A stretch of DNA of 42,985 nucleotides. It comes from an uncultured Legionellales bacterium. GTDB lineage: Bacteria > Pseudomonadota > Gammaproteobacteria > UBA1113. The DNA lies in contig CAZULF010000003.1 of the NCBI GenBank assembly GCA_964621215.1, forward strand, positions 1 to 42,985. The letters are read 5' to 3'. The position numbers were made by a program, and so were the translations under genes. Below the pieces are notes generated by a model that was not told where the DNA came from, made no database searches, and saw only the letters and a program-made list of their open reading frames with translations. Positions 32,952-42,916 of this stretch are shown here, one piece after another (position 1 is the first letter of the stretch; each line of letters starts with the position of its first letter).

Positions 32952-33509
32952 ATGGCTAAAACTCCGTCGTCTATGCTCCCATTAGGAACTCTTGCTTCTG
33001 ATTTTACATTGCCTGATGTAGTCAGTGGTAAGCTATGCCACTTACAAGATATCAAATCACCTGTTGCTACGGTCATCATGTTCATTTGCAATCACTGCCC
33101 TTTTGTGGTGCATATACGCTCAGTGCTGGCTGACGTGGCCAAAGCCTATCAAGCAAAAGGCATACAGTTTATTGCAATTAATTCCAATGATATTGAGAGC
33201 TATCCTGACGATGCACCAGAACGTATGGCCGAAGTTGCTGCTGAGGTAGGATACACTTTCCCTTATTTATTTGATGCAACGCAAGATGTCGCGAAAGCTT
33301 ATCAAGCCGCTTGTACCCCGGATTTTTACATTTTTGATGGTGATTTAAAATGTGTTTACCGTGGCCAATTTGATGATTCACGCCCCGGCAATGGAATTCC
33401 TGTGACCGGCAACGATTTAGCTGCCGCCTTAGATCATATTCTTGCGGGTACGCCGGTGGATCCGCAGCAAAAACCGAGCTTGGGGTGTAATATTAAGTGG
33501 AAGTCGTAA
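32952..33509 (+). CDS. Thioredoxin-fold (AhpC/TSA/redoxin-like) protein
   Basis: CNHCPF CxxC motif within a thioredoxin-like context, followed by ACTPDFYIFD. 185 aa. Confidence 0.8.
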   Translation: MAKTPSSMLPLGTLASDFTLPDVVSGKLCHLQDIKSPVATVIMFICNHCPFVVHIRSVLADVAKAYQAKGIQFIAINSNDIESYPDDAPERMAEVAAEVGYTFPYLFDATQDVAKAYQAACTPDFYIFDGDLKCVYRGQFDDSRPGNGIPVTGNDLAAALDHILAGTPVDPQQKPSLGCNIKWKS

Positions 33510-33518
33510 TTGAATCAT

Positions 33519-33596
33519 CGTCGTCCCGCGATTTATTCGCGGGATCCATGGCGTGCTAATGCGTTCTGGATCCCGCGGACAAGCCGCGGGACGACG
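33519..33596. repeat. Family B full element, opposite orientation to the 24956-25032 copy
   Basis: cgtcgtcccgcgatttattcgcgggatcc atggcgtgctaatgcgttct ggatcccgcggacaagccgcgggacgacg. The reverse complement of its core resembles the core of the other copy. It lies between convergent genes. Confidence 0.9.
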
Positions 33597-33619
33597 AAAT
33601 AAGAGGGATAGAGACTATT

Positions 33620-33937
33620 CTACTTCGCCATCGCTGCATCAATCATAGTCTGCAATTCGCCACTTTGATAAAGCTCCATCACGATGTCGCAACCACCGAT
33701 GAGTTCACCATTGATGTAAACTTGAGGAAAAGTAGGCCAGTTAGCATATTTGGGCAATTCAGCACGAATGTCGGGATTGGCTAAAACATCGACATGGCCA
33801 AATTCAGCGCCACAGGCTTTCAGGGCTTTCACCGTTTGTGCAGAAAAGCCACACTGAGGGAAATCGGGTGTGCCTTTCATGAAAATAACGATGGTGTTGT
33901 CTGCAATCGCGCTTTTGATGCGTTCTAGTGTGTTCAT
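33620..33937 (-). CDS. grxD: Monothiol glutaredoxin (Grx4 type)
   Basis: CGFS active site; MNTLERIKSAIADN...FMKGTPDFPQCGFSAQTVKAL resembles E. coli Grx4. Start chosen at Met8, with GGAG 9 nt upstream. Confidence 0.92.
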   Translation of the reverse strand: MNTLERIKSAIADNTIVIFMKGTPDFPQCGFSAQTVKALKACGAEFGHVDVLANPDIRAELPKYANWPTFPQVYINGELIGGCDIVMELYQSGELQTMIDAAMAK

Positions 33938-34026
33938 TGGATTGTGCTCCTGTCTCAATAAATTTTGTGGTATTCTAAGTCAATTTAATAAAAATTTCGA
34001 GTTTTTAATTAACAAGGAGATCCGCC

Positions 34027-34605
34027 ATGACATTTGAACTGCCCAAACTGCCCTATGAAATGAATGCCTTAGAACCCTATATTTCTCAGGAAACCCTCGA
34101 ATACCATTATGGTAAACACCACCAAGCTTATGTGAACAATTTAAATAACCTTTTACCTGGCAGTGGCTTTGAAGGTCAAGCGCTTGAACAAATCGTGTTG
34201 AAATCTTCCGGCGGCATTTTTAATAACGCAGCACAAGTGTGGAATCATACTTTTTATTGGCATAGCATGACCCCACAAGGCGGTGGTGAACCGCACGGTG
34301 CATTAGCGGATGCGATTAACAAAAAATGGGGTTCGTTTGCTGCTTTCAAAGAAGCGTTTACTAAATCAGCAACAACCTTATTTGGTTCTGGCTGGACATG
34401 GTTAGTAAAAAATAGTGATGGCAGCTTGGATATCGTCAATACCAGTAATGCCGGCAACCCATTAACTGATGGTAAAAAACCTTTGTTAACTTGCGATGTG
34501 TGGGAACATGCGTATTACATCGATGTTCGTAATGCACGGCCAAAATATTTAGACAATTGGTGGGCATTGGTGAATTGGAAGTTTGCGGAAGGGAATTATA
34601 AATAG
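34027..34605 (+). CDS. sodB: Iron superoxide dismutase
   Basis: Near-collinear with E. coli SodB ([41 protein letters not shown]). Confidence 0.96.
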   Translation: MTFELPKLPYEMNALEPYISQETLEYHYGKHHQAYVNNLNNLLPGSGFEGQALEQIVLKSSGGIFNNAAQVWNHTFYWHSMTPQGGGEPHGALADAINKKWGSFAAFKEAFTKSATTLFGSGWTWLVKNSDGSLDIVNTSNAGNPLTDGKKPLLTCDVWEHAYYIDVRNARPKYLDNWWALVNWKFAEGNYK

Positions 34606-34633
34606 CTTTGTTTGGATACAGAGGGAATAATTT

Positions 34634-35812
34634 ATGACTGATACTTCACATTTAATGACAACCTACAATCCTCTACCTATCTCGTTAGTTCGCGGCGAAG
34701 GGGTATGGCTGTGGGACAGTGAAGGTAACCGCTATCTGGATGCTTTTGGAGGCATTGCTGTGTGTGCACTGGGTCATGCCCACCCTGCCATTACACAAGC
34801 CATTATCGAACAAGCACAAACATTAATTCATACCTCTAATGTATTCAACATTCCCAATCAAATCGCACTGGCTGATAAGCTCTGCGCATTAACGGGAATG
34901 GATAATGCCTTTTTCTGCAGCACTGGCGCAGAAGCGAATGAAGCAGCGATCAAATTAAGTCGTTTGTTTGGCCATAGCAAAAATGTGGCTGAGCCAAAAA
35001 TTCTCGTGATGAATAATGCATTTCACGGCCGCACCTTTGCAACCATTAGCGCAGGCGGCAGCAAAAAAGCGCAAACCGGTTTTGAGCCATTAATGCCGGG
35101 ATTTGTGCGTGTACCTTTTAATGATGCTGCAGCAGTTGCGAAAGCCTTGACTGACGATCCTTCCATTGTCGCCGTGTTAGTAGAACCGATTCAAGGTGAA
35201 GGCGGTGTGATAGTTCCCGATGATGATTATTTACCGCAATTACGACAACTTTGCGATCAACATCAATGCTTACTGATGTTAGATGAAGTTCAGTGCGGCA
35301 TGGGACGCACCGGCAAATTATTTGCTTATCAACATTATAAATTGTTACCCGATGTGTTGCTGATGGCTAAGGCATTAGGTAATGGTATTCCCGTAGCAGC
35401 ATGCTTAGCACGTGGCAAAGCCAGCACCTTATTTCAAGTTGGCTCACATGGCACGACATTTGGTGGTAACCCCTTATCTACCCGTGTTGCATTAACCGTG
35501 TTAGAAACACTAGAAAAAGAACGTTTAATTGCCCGAGTGGGTCAACTTGGCACGCATTTATTAAATTTATTACATCAACGTTTGGATGCTAATCCTCATG
35601 TGAAAGCAATCCGCGGCAAAGGCTTGATGATTGGTATCGAGCTAGATAAACCGTGTCGCGATATACTTTCAATCGCGTTAAAAAACGGCATAGTATTTAA
35701 TGTCACGGCAGAAAAAGTAGTACGTCTATTGCCTTCGTATATTTTAACCGATGAACAAGTGGTGCAAATTGCTGACTTAGTGACTGAAACTATAAAGAGT
35801 TATTACCCATGA
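34634..35812 (+). CDS. argD: Acetylornithine/succinyl-diaminopimelate aminotransferase (class III PLP aminotransferase)
   Basis: Motifs GIAVCALGHAHP, STGAEANEAAIKLSR, LDEVQCGMGRTGK and the PLP-Lys region LMAKALGNG. Confidence 0.85.
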   Translation: MTDTSHLMTTYNPLPISLVRGEGVWLWDSEGNRYLDAFGGIAVCALGHAHPAITQAIIEQAQTLIHTSNVFNIPNQIALADKLCALTGMDNAFFCSTGAEANEAAIKLSRLFGHSKNVAEPKILVMNNAFHGRTFATISAGGSKKAQTGFEPLMPGFVRVPFNDAAAVAKALTDDPSIVAVLVEPIQGEGGVIVPDDDYLPQLRQLCDQHQCLLMLDEVQCGMGRTGKLFAYQHYKLLPDVLLMAKALGNGIPVAACLARGKASTLFQVGSHGTTFGGNPLSTRVALTVLETLEKERLIARVGQLGTHLLNLLHQRLDANPHVKAIRGKGLMIGIELDKPCRDILSIALKNGIVFNVTAEKVVRLLPSYILTDEQVVQIADLVTETIKSYYP

Positions 35813-36204
35813 AAAAACATATTGAAAAAGATGCACCACAAGGCGAATTAGTTCTGCGAACGCTTGCTATGCCTGCTGACACCAACGCCAATGGTGATAT
35901 TTTCGGTGGCTGGTTAGTTTCACAAATGGATCTGGGCGGCGCGATTTTAGGTTACCAAATTTCGAATGCTCGCCTCGCTACTGTTGCTATTAATGACTTG
36001 GTATTTATCGAACCGGTTAACATCGGCGATATTGTAAGTTGTTATGCCAACCTGATCAGCATCGGAAATACTTCCATCACGATTCAGGTAGAAGCCTGGA
36101 CTGCCCGCCGCGATTTAACCAAAATCCGTCAAGTCACTGAAGGCACATTTGTTTACGTGGCATTAGATGAGAATCGAAAACCACAGCGGATTAGTCCGCA
36201 TTAA
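35809..36204 (+). CDS. yciA: Acyl-CoA thioesterase (YciA-type hotdog fold)
   Basis: LRTLAMPADTNANGDIFGGWLVSQMDLGGAI closely resembles E. coli YciA. ATGA overlap with argD. Confidence 0.88.
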   Translation: MKKHIEKDAPQGELVLRTLAMPADTNANGDIFGGWLVSQMDLGGAILGYQISNARLATVAINDLVFIEPVNIGDIVSCYANLISIGNTSITIQVEAWTARRDLTKIRQVTEGTFVYVALDENRKPQRISPH

Positions 36205-36221
36205 GTAAATTATTTTTATAA

Positions 36222-37442
36222 CTATGGCCCCCCTGGCACAGGAGTTTGCTCTTCTAAAATTGATGTGATTAATTCTGGAGCGCGGATAATAATTGCAAGT
36301 GGTCCTCCAGCTTCATCATTTTCATTAGTCATGCGTTTCAACTCCACATTTTCCGTTTGACAGATTTTGTAGAGGAAACTTGCTCTTTCTATATGGCGAG
36401 AAATTGAGATACTATCTTTTAATGAACTTTTCTCTGATATTACATAAGCAAAATAATGATGCGCTGCGTTATAATCAACACGATCCGCATGAGCAGTAAA
36501 TTCAGCAAATCCAGACCAGCGTTGATCTAAGTTTAATTGAATTGTGTTTATCCTAGAATTCAAATTTTCTACAGGAGGCCAAAAAGCGAAGGAAGAGCTC
36601 TCTGGTATATCTAACATATCAGGAAGTCCTATATATTGATACGGTTCAAGAGCAAATTCAATTTGTTTTCTATATTCACAATTTGTTATTTCAGGATTTT
36701 GTGCGCAGATAGTCTGATTATAAAAATCCATTAAGTCTTGTTCCGAAGGTCCCGCAATTAAACGCAGCAGGGATAAGCATTTATTTATTGCTCTCTTCTT
36801 TTCTTCGTCCGAATATGAATCAGCAAACTCTGTAAGCTTTTGGGCTAAATCTAAATAGTTATTCATAACTATAGATCCTAGTAACGCTGCTTTATCTGCA
36901 TAATGAATAAGATTGAAAAGTATATCGGGATGTTTAATAAAAAAATCACGCCCTTTCCTATCGCGTAGGAGTGTTAACACCAATCCATCACAACCACCTT
37001 GTTTATATAAAAGTTGACATGTTTTCCGAACCGTTTCATCTGGCACAAATCTAATAATTTCCGTACTGAGAGAAAATGCATTATATTTAAAAACTATATT
37101 GAGCAACTCGGGAGGAAGCGATTTAATAAACCTTTTAACTGAATAATCTTTATCAATAAAAAATCGGGCATTAGAAATTATCATTCCTGATGAAGCAGGA
37201 TTTTCAGAGCAAAAGCTATCAAGAGTTAATTTTTTGTTTGATAAAAATTCGTGGCTTTCTTTACTAGCCATATAAAGCAATATATTCGCTAATGATTTGG
37301 ACACCAAAAATGTATGCCAAATGTCTCGTTTATCACTAGCAACAATATAGTGCAGAATATGCATCAAACAATCCAGGTTTAATTGTGATAATTCCCCCAA
37401 CCCTTCATTGTCAATTTCAAGATTTTCTAGTATTAATGTCAT
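36222..37442 (-). CDS. Hypothetical protein with N-terminal F-box-like motif (effector-like)
   Basis: Aa 18-57, LSQLNLDCLMHILHYIVASDKRDIWHTFLVSKSLANILLY, resembles the F-box consensus LsdLPdEil.hIlsyL..kdl..l.lVSKrWr.lv. The remaining 350 aa are unassigned. Confidence 0.6.
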   Translation of the reverse strand: MTLILENLEIDNEGLGELSQLNLDCLMHILHYIVASDKRDIWHTFLVSKSLANILLYMASKESHEFLSNKKLTLDSFCSENPASSGMIISNARFFIDKDYSVKRFIKSLPPELLNIVFKYNAFSLSTEIIRFVPDETVRKTCQLLYKQGGCDGLVLTLLRDRKGRDFFIKHPDILFNLIHYADKAALLGSIVMNNYLDLAQKLTEFADSYSDEEKKRAINKCLSLLRLIAGPSEQDLMDFYNQTICAQNPEITNCEYRKQIEFALEPYQYIGLPDMLDIPESSSFAFWPPVENLNSRINTIQLNLDQRWSGFAEFTAHADRVDYNAAHHYFAYVISEKSSLKDSISISRHIERASFLYKICQTENVELKRMTNENDEAGGPLAIIIRAPELITSILEEQTPVPGGP

Positions 37443-37651
37443 AGATTACCCCTTAAGATTTAAGTTGTTTGGTTTTGTTATAGACTGCTTCTATTGTTAT
37501 GCAAAATTACTTTATTTCATATTGTCCATTTGGACGATTGCTCGATTGGCTACCTCTCTATATCATATTATTTTCGGTAGACTTCATCATTAAACAATCT
37601 ATTCATTGCGAAAGTGCAATCGCCCTGGCCTAAAAATAAAATATTATGCTC

Positions 37652-37684
37652 GTTAATATTTCATTAAGCATCACCTGATATAAT
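37652..37684 (+). promoter_or_regulatory. PmrA-like tandem box plus extended -10 promoter upstream of the HEAT-like repeat gene
   Basis: gTTAATATT-tc-aTTAAGCAT (37652-37671), then 4 nt, TGa, TATAAT (37679-84). The geometry is identical to the site at 29512-29544. Confidence 0.5.
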
Positions 37685-37720
37685 ATGCAAATTAATCGGG
37701 CATTTAATTGAGGAAAACAT

Positions 37721-39775
37721 ATGTGGTCTTCTACATCTAGCAATAATCAATCTTCAAATATTTCAATATTAACCACATCCAGTTTAATTGAACGCTATAA
37801 GAAAAAAATTCAACAATATATCAATGCGCGCTCCATGGTTTTGCCCGAGATCGTTTTCAAAAATCTTTTGGAGGAGTACATTAGTACTGTTAAAATACCG
37901 GGATTTGGTTTGTTTGCCAAATGGACTAAAAATCATATAGAATTTTCTCAGGGGGTACTCCCTCAATTAGATAGAGAAGATTTCAACTTGATTCAGGCAC
38001 TTAATGACTATCTTAAAAGTACAAAACTGAAAGTGGATGGAGATTTTCTTGCTTTATTGATCGCATTTTTTTATTACTATAAAAACTATTATGCGCTAGA
38101 CGCTGATTTATCGACGTATGAAGAATTGAAAAAGCAAGTTATTATTCCACTATCGCTTTATAGAAAAGCCACCGAAGAAAATCATGTCATGGAGCTGTTG
38201 GCTCAATTAGAATCCCCAACTCTTATGACAACGCAAAAAGCGGAAAATCGACTCGAGATTCTGCAGGAGCTCGCATCGATAACAATCCCTAAAAAAGTAA
38301 TTAATCTTACTATGGATTTATTAGTTCAGCTAATAGATGCAGAAAACTTTTATGACTCGTCCAGCTCTAGAGTTTTTGATTTTTCTTTCTATGTGTTGAA
38401 TATATTAATAAACGTTACAATTCCTGACGAAAAGCAAGATGCTGTTATAAATTCACTGTATAGGAAGTTTGCCTCTTCAAATGGGCACGGATTTACACCT
38501 GACCGCTGTATTAAAGCAATAGCTAAAATTACTATTTCTGATGGTAGAAAAGAAGAGGTATTAAATTTTTTGCTAGATAAAGTTGAGCATTGCAATCCAC
38601 AGGTCCGCTGGGCAGTGTGGGAGGCATTAGATAGGTTTGGCGTGAGTGATACAACCAAAAAGCAGTGGATTGCAAAAAAAATAAAAAAGCTGTGTGATAA
38701 TAGCCGTTATTTTTCAGAAAACATCAGCTACCCTGGCCACATTAAATATAATTATAAACCGGATGAATCAATACATTTTATAAAAAACTTGGAGTGGCTA
38801 TGTGGACGGAATAAACAACTCCTGCAAGATTTTAGTGCCTTAATCATTAATAACCTGCGACAGGGTTTACGACATCCCCAAAGTATATCCGTAAGACGTG
38901 CTTGTCGTTCGCTTTTGAGTAAAGTAGAGATACCTGTTTGTGATAAAGAAGTTATTGTCATGGAAGTATTAAATAATGATGAGGATGATTATAGTATTTT
39001 AAAAAACATTGATATCCCCGATACGCTACGTGATAAAATAGTAGAAAAAATTCTATTGCAACTACAGAAAAAAAGGGGCAATGCCTATTATGTATTTGAA
39101 GGCATAACATATTTACATCTTTCCTCCAGAGATAGTGAGAAAATACTAAATGAGTTGTTGAGTATTGTCGCTTCTTCTGATCCTGCTGATCCTAGGGAGT
39201 TGGCGTCTACTATTTTCAGTGCTATTGCAAGCATTAATATTCCCGAAGAAAAGGTAGAGCTTGTTATAAGTACACTTCTTTATCTTTTACAAGCAAAAAA
39301 TACTCATTGGGCTTCGAAGAATAGTATATTCGAGGCTCTAGGAAAAATAAAAATTCCAGCGAATATTCGTATGCAAATTATTAGCGCTTTATTAGATTAT
39401 GTTATACAGGCTGAAAGATATTTAATGAGCTCTATAGAATTTTTGCCCTTGAATAAAATCGCTCACACCGATAGTGAGCGTGAAATGATCACTAATAGCT
39501 TGTTACCACTGTTAAACAATAATGATAACCACGAAATTGTTAATGATGTATTGCAAACGTTATATGCACTACAACAGCATAACAGCCCATTAGCAGTGAT
39601 AGAAACTCATATTAAAGTAGATGCGTTGACTGTTTCTGTGCCGCCCAATACATCACGCTTGGTTTCATGGTTTAATGAAAAAAATAATAAACTATTAGAG
39701 ACTCTAGTTGTTTTTGCAAGGGCACAACCAACTTTGTCGTCGGAAGTATGCGAACATATAAAAACATTCATGTGA
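37721..39775 (+). CDS. HEAT/ARM-like helical repeat protein (684 aa, effector-like)
   Basis: A recurrent motif of about 38-45 aa is built around x-I-x-I-P followed by an amphipathic helix (ASITIPKKVINLTMDLLVQL, INVTIPDEKQDAVINSLYRKF, IASINIPEEKVELVISTLLYLL, LGKIKIPANIRMQIISALLDYV). A PBS-HEAT-like NPQVRWAVWEALDRFG is also present. Confidence 0.7.
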   Translation: MWSSTSSNNQSSNISILTTSSLIERYKKKIQQYINARSMVLPEIVFKNLLEEYISTVKIPGFGLFAKWTKNHIEFSQGVLPQLDREDFNLIQALNDYLKSTKLKVDGDFLALLIAFFYYYKNYYALDADLSTYEELKKQVIIPLSLYRKATEENHVMELLAQLESPTLMTTQKAENRLEILQELASITIPKKVINLTMDLLVQLIDAENFYDSSSSRVFDFSFYVLNILINVTIPDEKQDAVINSLYRKFASSNGHGFTPDRCIKAIAKITISDGRKEEVLNFLLDKVEHCNPQVRWAVWEALDRFGVSDTTKKQWIAKKIKKLCDNSRYFSENISYPGHIKYNYKPDESIHFIKNLEWLCGRNKQLLQDFSALIINNLRQGLRHPQSISVRRACRSLLSKVEIPVCDKEVIVMEVLNNDEDDYSILKNIDIPDTLRDKIVEKILLQLQKKRGNAYYVFEGITYLHLSSRDSEKILNELLSIVASSDPADPRELASTIFSAIASINIPEEKVELVISTLLYLLQAKNTHWASKNSIFEALGKIKIPANIRMQIISALLDYVIQAERYLMSSIEFLPLNKIAHTDSEREMITNSLLPLLNNNDNHEIVNDVLQTLYALQQHNSPLAVIETHIKVDALTVSVPPNTSRLVSWFNEKNNKLLETLVVFARAQPTLSSEVCEHIKTFM

Positions 39776-39825
39776 ATGTAGAGATTTTTGATCCGCATAC
39801 AACCGATATATCCCAATATAAATCA

Positions 39826-40677
39826 TCATTCCTCTTTCAACTGCAATGCTCTTTCATATAAATCATTTTTCTTAGCATGGGTAATTTTAGCCGCTAAATG
39901 GGCTGCTTGTTTTAGATGAAGCTCTTCTAATAAAATTTTTAAAACCGTCTCTTGTTCTGGGGTTAATATATGATCTGTAGTCGGAGCGTAGCCTTTGGCA
40001 ATTAAAACAAATTCACCGCGTTGTTGATGAAGGTCGGCACAAATACGTTCGAGTAATTCATTAATAGTGCCCGCCAAAATAGTTTCATAGGTTTTAGTGA
40101 GTTCGCGTGCCATCACCATGCGGCGATCAGCACCCCATACCGTGCGCATGTCTTCTAATGATTCGATGATGCGGTGCACAGACTCATACAACACGATCGT
40201 TCGCGTTTCATAATGTAATTCGGTTAAGCGATGACGACGCGCAATCGCTTTGGCGGGCAAAAAACCTTCAAAAATAAAATGATCGGTGGGTAAACCCGAA
40301 ACTGACAATGCTGCGATGGCAGCACACGCGCCCGGAATAGGAACAACGTGAAAACCCTGCTCGCGGGCGGTATGAATTAAATAGTAGCCCGGATCGCTAA
40401 TAAGCGGCGTACCTGCATCAGAAATCAATGCAATATCCTCTCCGTTTTTGAGTCGTTCTAACACATATGTAGTTTGTTCTCGTTCATTATGTTCATGCAC
40501 GGAAAATAATGGGGTATTGATATCATAGGCTTGCAATAATTTATGGCTATGACGCGTATCTTCGGCAGCAATGGCCTGCACCTGCTTCAGGATCTGTATG
40601 GCTCTAAGAGTGATATCCTCCAAATTACCGATGGGGGTAGCAACGACGTATAAGATACCTGTTTGAGATTGGGTCAA
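39826..40677 (-). CDS. rsmI: 16S rRNA (cytidine1402-2'-O)-methyltransferase
   Basis: GILYVVATPIGNLEDIT N-terminus and tetrapyrrole-methylase fold motifs. The start is probably TTG at 40677 (AAGGAG 8 nt upstream) rather than the ORF-track ATG at 40719. Confidence 0.9.
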   Translation of the reverse strand: MTQSQTGILYVVATPIGNLEDITLRAIQILKQVQAIAAEDTRHSHKLLQAYDINTPLFSVHEHNEREQTTYVLERLKNGEDIALISDAGTPLISDPGYYLIHTAREQGFHVVPIPGACAAIAALSVSGLPTDHFIFEGFLPAKAIARRHRLTELHYETRTIVLYESVHRIIESLEDMRTVWGADRRMVMARELTKTYETILAGTINELLERICADLHQQRGEFVLIAKGYAPTTDHILTPEQETVLKILLEELHLKQAAHLAAKITHAKKNDLYERALQLKEE

Positions 40678-40780
40678 AAATGAAACTCCTTTTTTGCAAA
40701 AATAACTCGAATATTGCATCAGACTCAGGTAGTATTCTACCTAATTTAAGTAGAATACTACATCCTCACGGAGTCCGTCA

Positions 40781-41935
40781 GTGAAAAAAGCCTTTTCCAT
40801 TATCAGCTGTGCCATTTGCCTGAGCCTGGCTGGCTGTCAAAGTTATGGTGAGCCCAGCTCTCAAGGCCCTAGATTGGGGTGGACACAAATGAACCCTGCG
40901 CCTGCTAACAAAGCTCAAGAGGTAGCGGCAGTACTGCCTGCCAATGGTAATCTAAAATCTGCCGGTAATGCTGTGCGTAAAGGAATGATGGCAAGTTACT
41001 ATGTAAAATCACAAGAAAAGACATCGCCTACGGTACATATGTATAATACTAATGCAGATGATATCACTTCTGCTTATCAACAAGCGGCAAATAATAATGC
41101 CACCTGGGTAGTAGGTCCTTTAAGTAAGGCGGCGGTCACCGACTTAGCACAGCAATCATCCTTAACCACCCCCACCTTAGCCTTAAATTTTACCGACACA
41201 CCACCGCAGAGTCCCGCCTTATATCAATTTGCTTTATCACCACAAGATGAAGCCATGCAAGCTGCTGATAAAGCCAAAGCTGATGGGCATTCTCATGCGA
41301 TTGTGATAGCTCCTGCCACTGCTTGGGGTCGTGGTGTTGCTACTGCCTTCCAGCAACGCTGGCAAGCTAATGGCGGCATAATGGTAGGCGATATGTATTA
41401 TACCGGGCAAGCCAGCCTTGACCCTGGCATTAAGAAAGTATTGCAATTATCGCCGTCTGATGATCCTAAAGCGCCATTACAACATCGCCAAGATGTTGAT
41501 GTGATTTTTCTAGTGGCTGATCCAATCATTGCTCGACAAATTAAACCACTGCTGAATTTTTACTACGCTGGCAATATTTCAGTTTATGCGACGTCTCTGG
41601 TTTATAGTGGGCAAACTAATCCTTCTTTAGACAAAGATTTAAATAATATCAAATTCTGTGATATTCCATTTGTGCTAACCACCAATCTACAAATTCAACA
41701 AGCTACAGAACAAATGCATGAATTGTTACCCAATGCGAGTGGACAAAATCTTCGGTTATTTGCCTTTGGTTATGATGCTTATCAATTATTACCGCAGCTA
41801 TCTTCGTTGGGTAACTCGCCTCAGCGTGGATATACTGGTTTGACAGGAACACTGTATTTAGGCGACAACCAGCAAGTTTTGCGACAATTAACTTGGGCTG
41901 AGTTTAATAACGGCGTACCGAGGGTGATTGACTAA
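40781..41935 (+). CDS. lpoA: Penicillin-binding protein activator LpoA (lipoprotein)
   Basis: GTG start with GGAG 7 nt upstream, lipobox LSLAGC, periplasmic-binding-protein-like C-domain. The rsmI/lpoA-yraN-diaA synteny is conserved as in E. coli. Confidence 0.85.
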   Translation: MKKAFSIISCAICLSLAGCQSYGEPSSQGPRLGWTQMNPAPANKAQEVAAVLPANGNLKSAGNAVRKGMMASYYVKSQEKTSPTVHMYNTNADDITSAYQQAANNNATWVVGPLSKAAVTDLAQQSSLTTPTLALNFTDTPPQSPALYQFALSPQDEAMQAADKAKADGHSHAIVIAPATAWGRGVATAFQQRWQANGGIMVGDMYYTGQASLDPGIKKVLQLSPSDDPKAPLQHRQDVDVIFLVADPIIARQIKPLLNFYYAGNISVYATSLVYSGQTNPSLDKDLNNIKFCDIPFVLTTNLQIQQATEQMHELLPNASGQNLRLFAFGYDAYQLLPQLSSLGNSPQRGYTGLTGTLYLGDNQQVLRQLTWAEFNNGVPRVID

Positions 41936-41937
41936 TC

Positions 41938-42306
41938 ATGTTAGAAGTTGGCTTTGCCCCACATAAAGGTGCGGTAGCTGAAAGCTTAGCGGCAGAGTAT
42001 TTGACGCAACAAGGTTTAACGATGTTAAGTCAGAATTTTCGCTGCAAGCAAGGCGAAATTGATTTAATTTGCCGAGATGATGACACCATCGTTTTCGTTG
42101 AAGTGAGACATCGCAGTCACAGTGATTATGGCTCGGCAGGTATCACCGTGACTCGACCAAAACAACTGAAGATCATTAAAGCAGCGACCTTATTTTTATT
42201 ACAGCAAGGATGGTACAATAAAAAAGTCGTACGTTTTGATATTGTTGCAATTAATGGCCTATTGAGCGCGCCCGATATTGAGTGGATTAAACAAGCATTT
42301 TATTAG
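41938..42306 (+). CDS. yraN: YraN-family (UPF0102) endonuclease-like protein
   Basis: GEIDLI...VFVEVRHR motif, 122 aa, with matching synteny. Confidence 0.88.
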   Translation: MLEVGFAPHKGAVAESLAAEYLTQQGLTMLSQNFRCKQGEIDLICRDDDTIVFVEVRHRSHSDYGSAGITVTRPKQLKIIKAATLFLLQQGWYNKKVVRFDIVAINGLLSAPDIEWIKQAFY

Positions 42307-42912
<606 letters not shown>

Positions 42913-42916
42913 TCTT

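Noticed and set aside
3297-33596. Possibility that the recurring palindromes form a CRISPR array or integron attC sites
   Set aside because: The copies are dispersed kilobases apart in different intergenic regions, not arrayed with regular spacers. No cas or intI genes are present, and the arms lack the attC R'/R'' core sites.
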